Origin: Octopus sinensis
Lineage: Eukaryota
NCBI RefSeq assembly: GCF_006345805.1
Contig: NC_043000.1
Location: 67,642,001 to 67,706,000 of the forward strand
Reading direction: 5' to 3'
Length of the DNA: 64,000 nucleotides
Shown here: piece by piece, positions 13,644-25,860 of the stretch
How the letters are laid out: every line of letters starts with the position of its first letter
How positions within the stretch are numbered: position 1 is the first letter of the stretch
Translations under genes and position numbers: made by a program
The notes under the pieces: model-generated
Database searches by the model: none
What the model was told of the DNA's origin: nothing
The model's input: the letters and a program-made list of their open reading frames with translations, nothing else

Positions 13644-13694
13644 GTCTTACAGCTGTTTCCAGGATATTTATTAATTATATCCATCATCAGAGAC
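13644..13694 (-). ncRNA. Type-I hammerhead ribozyme (PLE pseudo-LTR type)
   Basis: Minus strand: gtct-CTGATGA-t-ggatat-aattaataa-atatcc-tg-GAAA-cagct-GTA-agac; canonical core, stem I gtct/agac, palindromic stem III (ACAGCUGU). Confidence 0.7.
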
Positions 13695-13738
13695 GGTGTG
13701 AGTCGATGGTTAAGTAATAGTGGTATGAGTGTGTGTAA

Positions 13739-13769
<31 letters not shown>

Positions 13770-14689
13770 CTTTTATTTGTTTGTTTGTTTGTTTGTTTCA
13801 GTCACATTAGACTGCGGCCATGATGGGGAACCACTTTGAATTTTTAGTCCAATGAATCGACCCCAGGACTTCTCTCTTGCCGAACCGCTAGGCTAAGGGA
13901 ACACGAGTACACTAGCACCGGTTGTCAAGCGGTAGTGCTAGCACAAACACAGGTACAAAGACATGCGCATACACACGCACACACACACACACACACATAT
14001 ATAAATGGAGTTAAACGCAGGTGTTATTCAAATCTTTATACTTCCGACATATGTTTCAAAGAAAACATTGGTATTATTCCAGAAGAAATAAAATGATGTA
14101 AAACAATGCAATCTTCTCATCATGGAAAAAAAGAGAAACAAAACACATCAATAAAACATTTTAACCGAATATGATTACTGCATATATGATGAAGGGAAAA
14201 CTGGTAAGTTATTTTTTTTAAAAACCATTAATAAATATAACGTCAAAGGGAATTTATAGAAAGAAATTAGCAGGAAACTAAAAAGTGGAGAAATATAGTG
14301 CGATAGGTAAATGGGAACAAAGATTAAAGGCGTGGGAATAGATTTTATTTAGTGGAAGTGAAATGTAATAAGACGGTTAAAGATCGAATTTTATAAACGT
14401 GATCAGACATGAAATAGAAAGATATATTGTGTAATGTAATTCTTTCTATACTATGTATACGAAAAACAGATTAGTCATGAGTAGAAAACTTTGATCATAT
14501 TCTCATTCAGGGCAGATTTGAAGCTAAACAATAACAATACAAGTAGTAGAAGCGACATTGGATTCCGTATTTCGAAATGTATATATATATATATATATAT
14601 ATATGAACTTAAATGTTACATAAGTGATCTGATCAATAAGTATCCGGATTGTTGCCATAGTAATGAAGCTAAGGCACGTAGAGTAAAAC

Positions 14690-15245
14690 AGCTTGACAAA
14701 GATTGACCTTGTACTCGGCTGTGCATGCGCACTAAATTTTGACGTTCTAGCTCACTTCCGCTGTTTACAGCAGTGCTTCGAAGGAAGTGTGTTGCGTGTG
14801 ATCGTCGTATTGGGTCAGATAAAAGCAGTTTTCGCACAAACTTGGCAGCCACGCGTCTCATACCAAAATTTTCAGTGTTAATACACTGAACTGCACCATA
14901 ACTAATCCTCACATCCTCTGATAGCTCACGGATTCGACGATTTCCCCTCATAGCTGCACGCACATCTGCGATGTTTTTCTCAGTTCTGCTGGTTGCAGGT
15001 CCCCAAGAACGTTCGTGAATATCGACATTTTTTCGGTCATCTTGGAAACGTCTGAACCACTCACACTTGTGCGCGGCTCATACACTACTCTCCATACCCT
15101 TTCTGCAACATTGCATAGTCCTCTGAGAAGATATCGTCATGACACCTTTCTCTGTCAAGGTCAATGACGCGATCACCTGCTATAAGCCTTCTTTCTAAGC
15201 ATTGCTGTAGACAGCGTGAGCTAGTACGTACTGGGACAGCGCCTT
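14690..15245 (-). mobile_element. Mariner transposase 5' fragment, duplicated copy
   Basis: Near-identical to 12270-12830. Confidence 0.8.
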
Positions 15246-15436
15246 GAAAAGCCTCAGTCAAGCGAATCAACCTCAGTGCTTGTTCTTTTAAACCTTATAC
15301 ATATGCACTTATTCTATCAGTGTCTTAGTTACAGTGACGTAAACAGAAAAACCAGCAAAACCAGATGTCAAGCGGGGCAGGGGAGAACAATCACAGACAC
15401 GAAGACACATGCATATACGCGTATGTAATGTATATA

Positions 15437-15465
<29 letters not shown>

Positions 15466-15467
<2 letters not shown>

Positions 15468-17205
15468 AGAAAATAGTAAAGTGTGAAAAAACGACAGAAG
15501 GCTTAAATGTTAAAAAATATATATTTGTGTCGAAATGTCTGGAGAATATGGGAAAAATTTTTTTCCTTTCCTTAAAATGACATAATTTTAAAATTTTTAA
15601 AGAAATTACCGGTTTCGCGTGTAGCTTTTCAAATTTCTTGTGACGTTATGTTTCTATTGTATGGAATTATCGTTGTTTTTATTTCCAGGAGATTTCTAAA
15701 TAAGGGGAGGTAGTGAGTGATTTTTTCCGGTGTAGGGGAGATAATCGCTTAAAAAATTTTTTTTTTTTTTTTTTTCCCATTCCTTGTTAATTTCTCTGTG
15801 TCAGTATGTTGGATTGAGTCTGGGTTTGTACTTTTCAATGAAGAATGTTTCCTTGTTCAGTCTCATTTGTGTTGATGATCCGAAAGCACATTGGTAAAAT
15901 GGGAAGATTAAAAATGTGGCAGTAGTTGCTTTGCGCATTCTCGATGTGCTCACTAAAAGGTATCATTCTATATTCTGGGAATGCAATCTGTTGCGATGCA
16001 GTGTGCATCTGCGCCTGAGTGATAGTCCCGTGGAACCCACGTAGTCTTGGTGGCAGCCCGAGCATTTAATAACATAAATATGTTTTCAGAGGCACAAGTA
16101 AAGTTAGATTTGATCTTAAATTTCTGTCCCTCTTTAAAGAAGAATTCTGATCCTTCAATAGGTAGGACATGTTGCACAGTTCGATCTATTTTTTAAGCGA
16201 TTCGAAAATTTTTTAGCGATTATCTCCCCTACACCGGAAAAAATCACTCACTACCTTTTTTCCTTTCCTTAAAATGACATAATTTTAAAATTTTTAAAGA
16301 AATTACCGGTTTCGCGTGTAGCTTTTCAAATTTCTTGTGACGTTATGTTTATATTGTATGGAATTATCGTTGTTTTTATTTCCAGGAGATTTCTAAATAA
16401 GGGGAGGTAGTGAGTGATTTTTTCCGGTGTAGGGGAGATAATCGCTTAAAAAATTTTTTTTTTTTTTTTTTTCCATTTCCTTGTTAATATCTCTGTGTCA
16501 GTATGTTCGGATGGTTGAGTCTGGGTTTGTACTTTTCAATGAAGAATGTTTCCTTGTTCAGTCTCATTTGTGTTGATGATCCGAAAGCACATTGGTAAAA
16601 TGGGAAGATTAAAAATTGTGGCAGTAGTTGCTTTGCGCATTTCTCGATGTGCTCACTAAAAGGTATCATTCTATATTCTGGAATGCAATCTGTTGCGATG
16701 CAGTGTGCATCTGCGCCTGAGTGATAGTCCCGTGGAACCCACGTAGTCTTGGTGGCAGCCCGAGCATTTAATAACATAAATTAGTTTTCAGAGGCACAAG
16801 TAAAGTTAGATTTGATCTTAAATTTCTGTCCCTCTTTAAAGAAGAATTCTGATCCTTCCAATAGGTTAGGACATGTTGCACAGTTCGATCTATTTTTTAA
16901 GCGATTCGAAAATTTTTTAAGCGATTATCTCCCCTACACCGGAAAAAATCACTCACTACCTCCCCTTATTTAGAAATCTCCTGGAAATAAAAACAACGAT
17001 AATTCCATACAATAAACATAACGTCACAAGAATTTGAAAAGCTACACGCGAAACCGGTAATTTCTTTAAAAATTTTAAAATTATGTCATTTTAAGGAAAG
17101 GAAAAAAATTTTTCCAATATTCTCCAGACATTTCGACACAAATATATATATTTTTTAACATTTAAGCCTTCTGTCGTTTTTTCACACTTTACTATTTTCT
17201 TATAT
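15466..17205 (-). mobile_element. Tandem Penelope-like element remnant: two GIY-YIG + pseudo-LTR units with an inverted pLTR
   Basis: ORF 16484-16777 ends in ...EYRMIPFSEHIEKCAKQLLPQFLIFPFYQC...RLNKETFFIEKYKPRLN (GIY-YIG C-terminus); 15560-16255 repeated at 16257-16930; 15466-15755 inverted at 16915-17205. Confidence 0.75.
15600..15639 (-). ncRNA. Type-I hammerhead-like fold with U3-A8 variant core (also 16298-16335 on -, 17029-17065 on +)
   Basis: aagaaat-TTGAAAA-gc-tacac-gc-GAAA-ccg-GTA-atttctt: 7-bp stem I, G10.1-C11.1, palindromic ACCGGU stem III, GUA cleavage triplet. Confidence 0.6.
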
Positions 17206-17243
17206 ATTCACCCACGTGCTTTACCAAACAAACTTCTTATCAT

Positions 17244-17279
<36 letters not shown>

Positions 17280-17287
17280 ATATTATA

Positions 17288-17374
<87 letters not shown>

Positions 17375-17799
17375 CACACATACATACATACATACATACG
17401 TACATACATATATACATACATACATGCATACATACATACATATATATATATATTATACGACAGGTTTCTTTCACTTTCCGTCTACCAAATCCACTCACTT
17501 TGGTCGGGTCAAAGCTATAGTAGAAGACACTTGCCCAAGGTGCATATTTAGAAATGAATGGTAACAATGATATAGTCACATCCACAATGTAATATATAAA
17601 ACATACTAACTTTCACAGCCATTTAATCATAACCGAATGAATGAATATTATACAAAAGAAGTTTGGTTATTTCAATAAAAGAGAGGAATCAATAGCTCGT
17701 TGTAGATTTGTAGAATTTAATTCTTTTTATGGGACGTGGAGGCCATAGCAAAAACAATAGTCTCAGTTAATTATTGAACAGTCTTTGATGGATTCAAAG

Positions 17800-18450
17800 T
17801 GATGCTCTTTTGCTGCCAAGGGTAGATGGGCAGTCAGTGTAGAATACCAAATTTTCGAGCATTTAGTAAACTTGATGACTATGGCGTTAATTCGACTGTG
17901 ATGACACGATCGATGAGCAAAGGAAGGTGGCTAGAAAAAGGACTGGAACAAAACCGCGAATGTTTGAAATTTTGTGAGCAGCCAGGGATACAGGAAGACA
18001 AGGAAACTGATTCCTTCACTCAGTTCGGAGTGACATATAATTCAGCCTGTGCTCTAAGCAGTGTCGGTCTATAAATGTGGCGCAATTCAGAAGAATTATT
18101 GACTGAAACCAGCGAAATGGTGACTACAAGTAGAAGTGAGACAGGAAGAAGTTAACTGCGATAGATGTTCTCAAGGCAAGACAAATGATAGAGGCAGTAT
18201 TTCGGAAAATGGAAAAGAACTTATACTAAGAGTAAAGCACTTTTGTTATTCTGAGTAACTGGAAGACTACTGATGACGCGTGATTATGAAAATCAATAGC
18301 AGGAATCAGTTTTAGAAACTAGCCCAAATCGGGAATATAGTTTACACTGCACATATGGGTTAAAGATATGTGATGACGATCTGTTTCATACACAAACTGT
18401 AGACACGATGATTATGTTAGTAGGAAGAAGTATGTAATCATAGTATGGAA
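17800..18450 (+). mobile_element. Possible highly decayed RTE-like LINE fragment
   Basis: Only weak motifs (ETDSFTQFGVTYN resembling VDSFxYLGVTI; TETSEMV resembling YGxETW). Confidence 0.25.
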
Positions 18451-18899
18451 TTTAAGTTCATAAATGTTGGCGTAGGAGAATATCTGCCCATCGGATTTGT
18501 TTTTCAGATGTTCTATTAGACTTTGTCATGATACATTGTTCTTGATATGGGAAAAAGGGAGAACAGATTTAAAGTTGCAGCTCACTATAAGTACTTTATA
18601 ACTATTAGTGACACTACCCAAGGACTGGCCATCAGCACAGCTGTTCTGCAACAACCGACAGTAGAGTTTTACTGTTGATATAATAAGTTTGGGGAGAGGA
18701 AGAGATGTTTGCACATTACTCCATTTCTCATCTAAATATATTTCCTCTTGGTTGTGGTTTTTGTTTACATTCTAGATCCCTCCCCAAAACGGCTCTAGAG
18801 GAGAGGCTTTAATAATCTTGATGGTCATTCATAATTTGATACACTGCCTATAAGTTTAGTACAAATTCATGATTGATGGCTTTTCACTCTCGAACATTA

Positions 18900-19540
18900 T
18901 TCTTATTACATAATTATTCTTTTACTGCTCGCAGTTCGTCTTTAAAAGCGATTATCAACTTGCTCGTTAGCGTTTCTTGTCAACAGTTCTCAAAAGACTT
19001 TTAATAATCTATCATAAAGTTGCAACCAGTGGTTTGCAAATTTATTATTCGCTGTCCACTTAATGTTAGTGTCTAATAGTCCAGTATTTTCTTAAGTGTG
19101 CCAGTATGGATCTGGAGAGAGTTTATCCATTTTGGTTGATTCTTTTCATCACGATAGATTTTCAATACTCTTACCTGTTGGAGAATGGTAATCCCAGTAC
19201 AGTATAGCAGAACATTCAATGCCCAAAAGTTGAAATTTTCAATCTCTACTAATAGTTCTTTTACTATATGGTCCATTGCAGATGACATCAAGTCATTCGA
19301 TTTTCTCCCGAGCTGTATCGTAATCGTTCCCTCATGTAATTGTTTGTTAAGGATGATGGGGAATTTTTGTTTGAATTTTACTGTGTAGTGTTCTTTCGGT
19401 TGTTAGCATTCTTCAATTATTTTATGTTTGTTCGTAAACGGTTACTGCTTGTTCTTGTACTGGCAGTATATTCCTCTCATTTTTATTGTTATCGATCAGT
19501 CGTAGTCAGTATTATTTATGATTTTCTCAGAAGAGGTTTC
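18900..19540 (-). mobile_element. R4/Dong-type LINE N-terminal ORF fragment
   Basis: NFWALNVLLYCTGITILQQV...KNQPKWINSLQIHTGTLKKIL resembles the N-xx-LIYAAA...PPWKRRL..KI..LRKDIS region of R4-clade ORFs. Confidence 0.5.
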
Positions 19541-20785
19541 AGCATGTATGTATGTATGTATGTATGTATGTATGTATGTATGTATGTATGTATGTATGTA
19601 TGTATGTATGTACGTATGTATGTATGTATGTATGTATGTATGTATGTATTTATGTATGTATGTATGTATGGATGGATGGATGGATGGATGGATGGATGGA
19701 TGGATGGATGGATGCATGGATGCATGGATGGACGGACGGACGGGTTGATGGATGCACTACTTCGTAAGATTTAATTTCAATCTGGTACAGTAGGTCAATG
19801 CTATACGATCCTCACTTCTGTTAAAATTCTATCAAATATACAGCGGAACTTCCGAGAGGAATTTGGCAAAGCAGGGCAAAACAAAACTACATTTGAGTCC
19901 CGATATGGGAAGGGGATTTTCTTGGAATTCAAAAGTGGTAAGCATCTTTTTAAGGAGATGCCCCAGAAAATAGTAACGGAGTATCCTTGGATCCCTGAGG
20001 CCATATATGAATGGCCTCTTATTACAATTGATAATGTGTGGTCATAAGATGCTAAGTATTGACTTTGTAGAAATTTTGTCAGCTGTGGTAGTCTAAAAGT
20101 TGAGCCAATCAAAATCGTGCAAAACAATGTTTACATTTTCATACAATCATTAATAGTTGTCTCGTACATGGAAGCTGAATTTGGCGGGGAGATATGATAG
20201 TCAGGATTTTCTCAAGGACACAACAGTGAAAGTGAACTGACTTCGTTCTTTAAAGTCGCTAATACCCTTGGGGGATTCAATTATCAATAATGCTGCATAA
20301 CATAGATATATAAAAAGAAAACAACAAAAAATGCTATTTGAAACAAAATTGGTTTAAAATTAGCGAAAATAATCTAATTCACACACGAATCTCTAAAGCC
20401 TGCGATTGGCTAAAATACAATACTTAGTTGTCAATCAGCTTATATGTATAATACTAAGCTGCAGCTTTATGTATTAAGTGAAAAGGCACATGGTATTCGC
20501 GGTATTAAGGTGGAAAGGTTCATTGCCATACATGTGTTGTTGGAGATAACATTACACGAAATCAAAGCAATTGATATCAGCGAACAAGTCAGATACGTTA
20601 TATTTTCAGGTAAGCTATTTCAGATTAAATTGAATTGTGTCACTGAAATTTACAGATATCGAATATAATAACTGTTTGATATATTATGTATTGACAATAA
20701 AAATTGCCAGTATATATCCCATACAATGGTCGTCAATTTTTTTTTTATGACATGTACCTGTGTTGTTATTATCATTGTTGATGAA

Positions 20786-20995
20786 GGCGGCGAGCTGGTA
20801 GAATCGTTAGCACGCCGAGCAAAATGCTCAGCGGCATTTCGTTCGACTTTACGTTCTGAGTTCAAATTCCGCCGAAGTTGACTTTGCCTGTCATCCTTTC
20901 GGAGTCGATAAAATAAGTACAAGTTGACCAGCGGAGTCGATGTAACTGAATTTACTCCTTCCCCCAAATTACTGGCCTTGTGCCCAAAATTTGAA
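20786..20995 (+). mobile_element. SINE family A copy
   Basis: Homologous to 1012-1250. Confidence 0.85.
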
Positions 20996-21009
20996 GCCTT
21001 TATCATTGC

Positions 21010-21057
21010 TAATGATGTTGTTGTTGCTGCTGCTGTTGCCGCTGCTGCTGCTGCTGC

Positions 21058-21121
<64 letters not shown>

Positions 21122-21235
21122 GGTGGTGGTGTGGATGATGATGAGGATGGTGATGATGATGATGTTTAGTACTCATTCGATGCTGAACGAGCAGAGTTAT
21201 AATGAAAAGCATTCCAGTCTCGACCACACTCGTGT
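21010..21235 (-). repeat. Compound trinucleotide array (GCT, GTT, GGT, GAT)n forming the tail of a short retroposon 3'-end fragment
   Basis: Flank resembles related 3'-end fragments at about 46995-47110 (-) and 58985-59170 (+) that end in CAA-type tails. Confidence 0.5.
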
Positions 21236-22139
21236 CCTTTCTCCAGGTACTATATCTCAGATTACATTACCCCTCTATCTCCTTTCTTCTGACATTAGGG
21301 GGCTCAAGGTCTCTGTGGAGATAGCCCTAGCCCTTTCAGCAGGTGATGTCCTACATTCATTCGTACACGAAATGGGTCTTTTACTCTGACAAAGTCACAA
21401 CAAGTTGGATGATTCTTGATAATAAACGTAACTTATTTCAGACCTTAACGGCAATGTTATTAACACAGGAGTTGAAAGCAGTACTTGTTGGATAGACCTT
21501 CTGTCAGAATGACTAAGATAGACTAGATACCCAGCAGCCCACTGCAGCAGAAAGCATCTATCACTGTCGCAAGACAATTATGCAGCGGGACCAAGATCAT
21601 TGCCGTCGATCACCAATTCACGCGACGGGCTGTTCCTTCATTCCATTGGGGCGTTTTCTGCTTCCCTATTCTTTTGCCTATATTTCCAACTACCATGAAA
21701 AATAGGAGTCGAGGACAGGATTGATGTATTCTTGCAGCATCTGGCCCAGAACTAACAGTTTGACTGTGGAATGGAAAATTATTTTTATTTGATTGAGATA
21801 TCAGAGATCTCCAGCAGTTGCATCTATATATGAGCAATCCTATTTAATATCTATGCTATTCATTCCCTAAACAACACTCTTCCCTAAACAACACTCTTCC
21901 TTAAATAACACAAGCTTCAACCCTATAAATCTTCTCACTAGAGATACTCTTTTATTAGGTCAGTGGTTCTCAAACTGACAAATACCCACACAGCCATGTA
22001 GCAAAAAAATAATATCAGAAAAGTCCTTTGGCACGGTGTTCCTTTTTATTTACTAGAAAGCAAAATGGTCTCTGCATACATATAATTTTATAAATTTTCT
22101 TTCTTCTCCAAAATGTTGATCAAGCTTTAAAAGTTAAAC

Positions 22140-22420
22140 CATCTTATGTATGTTAAACATGAAAACTTGTTCACACAGTTTTCGATCTTCACTACCACCT
22201 TTGAGTGTGGCGGATGAATTCCATATCAAAAGCCCTGTATAACCGAATGCAGCAACTAGACAAAAGGAAAGCTATCCTCAACGATTTTAACTTGAAATAT
22301 ATTATCAGGCAGTTAAGTTATATTTTCAGGCAAGCTGTATACAAATGGTTTGAATCAAGTCACTAAACATTCCATTGATTAAAATAGCCGGTGCACACCC
22401 TATTGAATAGTATTTGAAAA
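22140..22420 (-). mobile_element. CR1/L2-group LINE 3' end relic
   Basis: Minus strand FGYTGLLIWNSS resembles the conserved FSYRGAKLWNSLP C-terminal motif. Confidence 0.35.
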
Positions 22421-24039
22421 TGATATTGGTTCAGTTTCGACATATTATAAATTGCATGTACATATAATATTGTAGTAGTGGTAGTTGCTGTGGTTGCCGT
22501 TGTTTTTAGTGGTGGTGTATACCTGATGCTTCAACCAATTCGGCCTTGAAAAGCCGAGAATTCGATCAAAAGCAATCCATCCACAGCTACCCTGCTCACC
22601 CTACATGAATTCTTTAACATCAGAAGTCTATTAACTCAATTGCTCTCAAACTGACAAAACCCAGGCATCATCAACAACAAAACAAAAACAAACAATAGTA
22701 GAGAAAGTATTTTTGATACCTATCTTTATTTGTGGGAAGACGAAATAGAGTTTACATCAGTTGCGCCTTCTTTCTGTACCATAATGTTGATAAAAGTTTA
22801 AAGTTTAAGACCATCTTATATTAAATAAACTACCTAATTAGTGTACACTCTTTTCAATCCTCACGTACCCTCCCAGGGAGGACTGTGAGGTTTGAAAAGT
22901 TTTCAAGAACCTTCTTATCTATCATAACTTAATATCTACTGATTTTAATTGGGCCTAAAAGCTTGTAAGAAACCTGAACGAACAGCTCTTGCGTCACGTG
23001 ACCTTTGAAATTTCAACATTCTCATTACACCACTAAGTGAAATCAGAATCAATATGGAATAACGTAATTGGGAATAACCAAAGTTATACTTTTAGGGAAA
23101 CGATAACTTATTGGTGAAATTTATATACATTTTTGGTGAAGAAGTTTGATATTTTACAAACCTCTGTATGTGAACGTCTTATCTTCTTCCTCTTCAAATA
23201 AGGAAGCAATTTTTTATAATCCTCAATGTTTATGCTCTGCTCCAGCCCTTCTGGACGCTAAAGTAAGTCTAGATGTTTTTTTTTTTATGTATCGCAATGT
23301 TTAGTGCAATGTTTATTAATTCTGATGAAAAATTATTTCTAGTTTGGAACTTTGATGTTCACCTTGAAAGGAGCCGTGAATGATGCACAGTTATAAATGG
23401 CAGACCTGAGTAAATAGATGCAATGAAAATGGTGTGTTACTTCTAAAACTTTATTTGGCGAATTGAATTTACCATAACTAACATAATTTTCCACCAAAAT
23501 AACTTGTAAAAATGGATGCATTCTTGTTCTAAGATTTTGTCATCACACGGTAATGAGATATATTAGATGATGTGCAAATTAATAAATCAGTACGATCCGA
23601 TAGTGGTTCTGAGACTGATTACAGATGGTTTTAACGAAATTAAAAATTAAAATAAAACGATCATTTAAGCTTCAACACAACGTTGGAAGGAAAAAAATAA
23701 ATATTAAACGTCTTCAAGATCTCAGTACTTGCAACAATTATTATACTGCTATGAGCAACAGTCTTTATAACAAAATATTTTGTGGGATCACGATTGAAGA
23801 GCTGATCATGCTCAAATAAGTGATACGTGATTCTGCAGAAGAAAATTTTGGCACCCTTCATTGTCAGAAATTCGATTGGTTTGATAGAATAAAAGCTGTA
23901 GTTGCAAAACAGCAAAAAGGTAAATTTGATTGAGTGAAAATTCTGAATTCTGAGGTCAATGACAGAGGTTATTATATCAGAAGCACAACAAAGAGTTACT
24001 AGACTATGCAGACAAGAAACATTCAAGAGATTTTATTAG

Positions 24040-24400
24040 AAATGTTTTGGGGTTAACAAAAATGCGAGCAGCGCCAAAAAACTGGCATGTAAAAACCTCA
24101 CTCTAGCCGAAAAGGTGCTTTAAAGAAGAGATGGCATAAAACACATCGAAAATTAACTTAATAGTTCATCAAATGTATTGCCAGAAGGTATTGACAATAC
24201 CCCACATCAAATTTTCCGTCCATACCTGGATACTCCACCCTCACCACAAAAACTTGAAGTTGCAGTTTCAAAATTACGAAACAACAAATTTGTGGGGCCA
24301 GATCAAAAATCTATCAAAATTTATAAAATGTGGTGGTCAAATGTCTCTCAGTAGGATTCGTCACCTCAACCTTCTTTTTATTGGAACAAGGCCAACATAT
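24040..24400 (+). mobile_element. Decayed pogo/Tigger-like transposase N-terminus
   Basis: KKLACKNLTLAEKV resembles the HTH_psq start (K.LTL.EK); disrupted. Confidence 0.3.
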
Positions 24401-24695
24401 CTGTAGATTTGAGAGATACTATCGTTCTAAGAAAATTCAAAAAGAAAAAGAGAGAGGATGTTACAAATAGTTGAAATTATTATCTCCCATGACAGAAAAA
24501 TGCACGCAAATATTCTTTGTGCTATGCTGATTTCACATTGTAGGACGAATTCTCTGAGAAAACTAATGTAGTCTGAGACCTGATCGAGGAACATGCTACA
24601 TATCGATATAATCGCCTCCCCACGACACACAAAAAGTGTCTAGAGTAGTGGTTCTTATCCTGGTGGGGAGCATCAGTAATTTCCGAGGGGTGGGG

Positions 24696-25298
24696 CATGC
24701 GCGGAAGTGTTTGTTCGACTAGGTGCAGCTGAATTGTGCTTAATAGTTTAGCGCTAAATAGTTCATCCTGCTGTTTGTATTGGCAGTTTGCATCATTACC
24801 GTGGCAAACAATAGATACTTAATTAAATACCAATATTAAATGTTTGAACTACTGTGGGTCTTTACTAGGGTTTTTTTTATAAGCGGGACTTAAACCTGTA
24901 CATTAATCTCCAATAAAACATTTTATACATTACATGCCCATAAAATGCCTCGTAGATCTTATTCAGCTATGTTTAAACATGAAATTATATCATATGCTGA
25001 AGAGCATGTTAATAGGCCGCCGGAAGAAAATTTGATGTTGACGAAAGCAATGTCAGGTTACGGCGAAGAAATAAAGATGAAATTAAACACATACCAAAGA
25101 TAAAGAAGGCAAGAAGACAATTATAAAGGACGTTACCGTATACAATTTTACAAACCAAGGACGTTATATAGACCTCCTTGACTCAAGTTAGAGAAGGAGT
25201 GCGTATTATACACAAGGTCTAGGTTTTTCAGAGGTACAGCCCCCTAAAAATCCCCTACGTATTATACTCAAGGGTGGACTATACTCGAGGGTTTACGG
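24696..25298. mobile_element. Partial second copy of the 8189-9110 MITE, inverted
   Basis: Reverse complement of 8189-8757; retains one TIR ending ...CTCGAGGGTTTACGG-TA. Confidence 0.85.
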
Positions 25299-25450
25299 TA
25301 TATGATATATTGTGATTCTGAAAGAAGTTTGACAATAGTGTCAAGTATCTCATTAATTCATATTAAAAAATAACAACTTTTTTTTTGCTAAGAAGCAGTG
25401 TCAAGTATCTCACTTTTTGTATAATATGATTATACATACAATTATACATA

Positions 25451-25615
25451 GGAGTGGCTGTGTGGTAAGTAGCTTGCTTATGAACTACATGGTTCCGGGT
25501 TCAGTCCCACTGCGTGGCATCTTGGGCAAATGTCTTCTACTATAGCCTCGGGCCGACCAAAGCCTTGTGAGCGGATTTGTTAGACGGAAACTGAAAGAAG
25601 CCTGTCGTATGTATG

Positions 25616-25665
<50 letters not shown>

Positions 25666-25860
25666 TGTGTTTGTGCCCCTAGCATTGCTTGACAACCGAT
25701 GCTGGTGTGTTTACGTCCCCGTCACTTAGCGGTTCGGCAAAAAGAGACCGATAGAATAAGTACTGGGCTTACAAAGAATAAGTCCCGGGGTCGATTTGCT
25801 CGACTAAAGGCGGTGCTCCAGCATGGCCGCAGTCAAATGACTGAAACAAGTAAAAGTAAG
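25451..25860 (+). mobile_element. tRNA-derived SINE family B, full-length, with internal TA/TG microsatellite
   Basis: Head GGAGTGGCTGTGTGGTAAG...GGGTTCAGTCCC, core CTTGGGCAA...GTAGACGGAAACTGAAAGAAGCC; other copies near 13790, 17460, 37738, 42766, 46440, 54818, 58297 and 59950. Confidence 0.85.

Noticed and set aside
18266-18295. CTGATGA...GAAA spacing
   Set aside because: No stem II or stem I pairing; chance match. The same applies to the match at about 27524 inside an RT coding relic.
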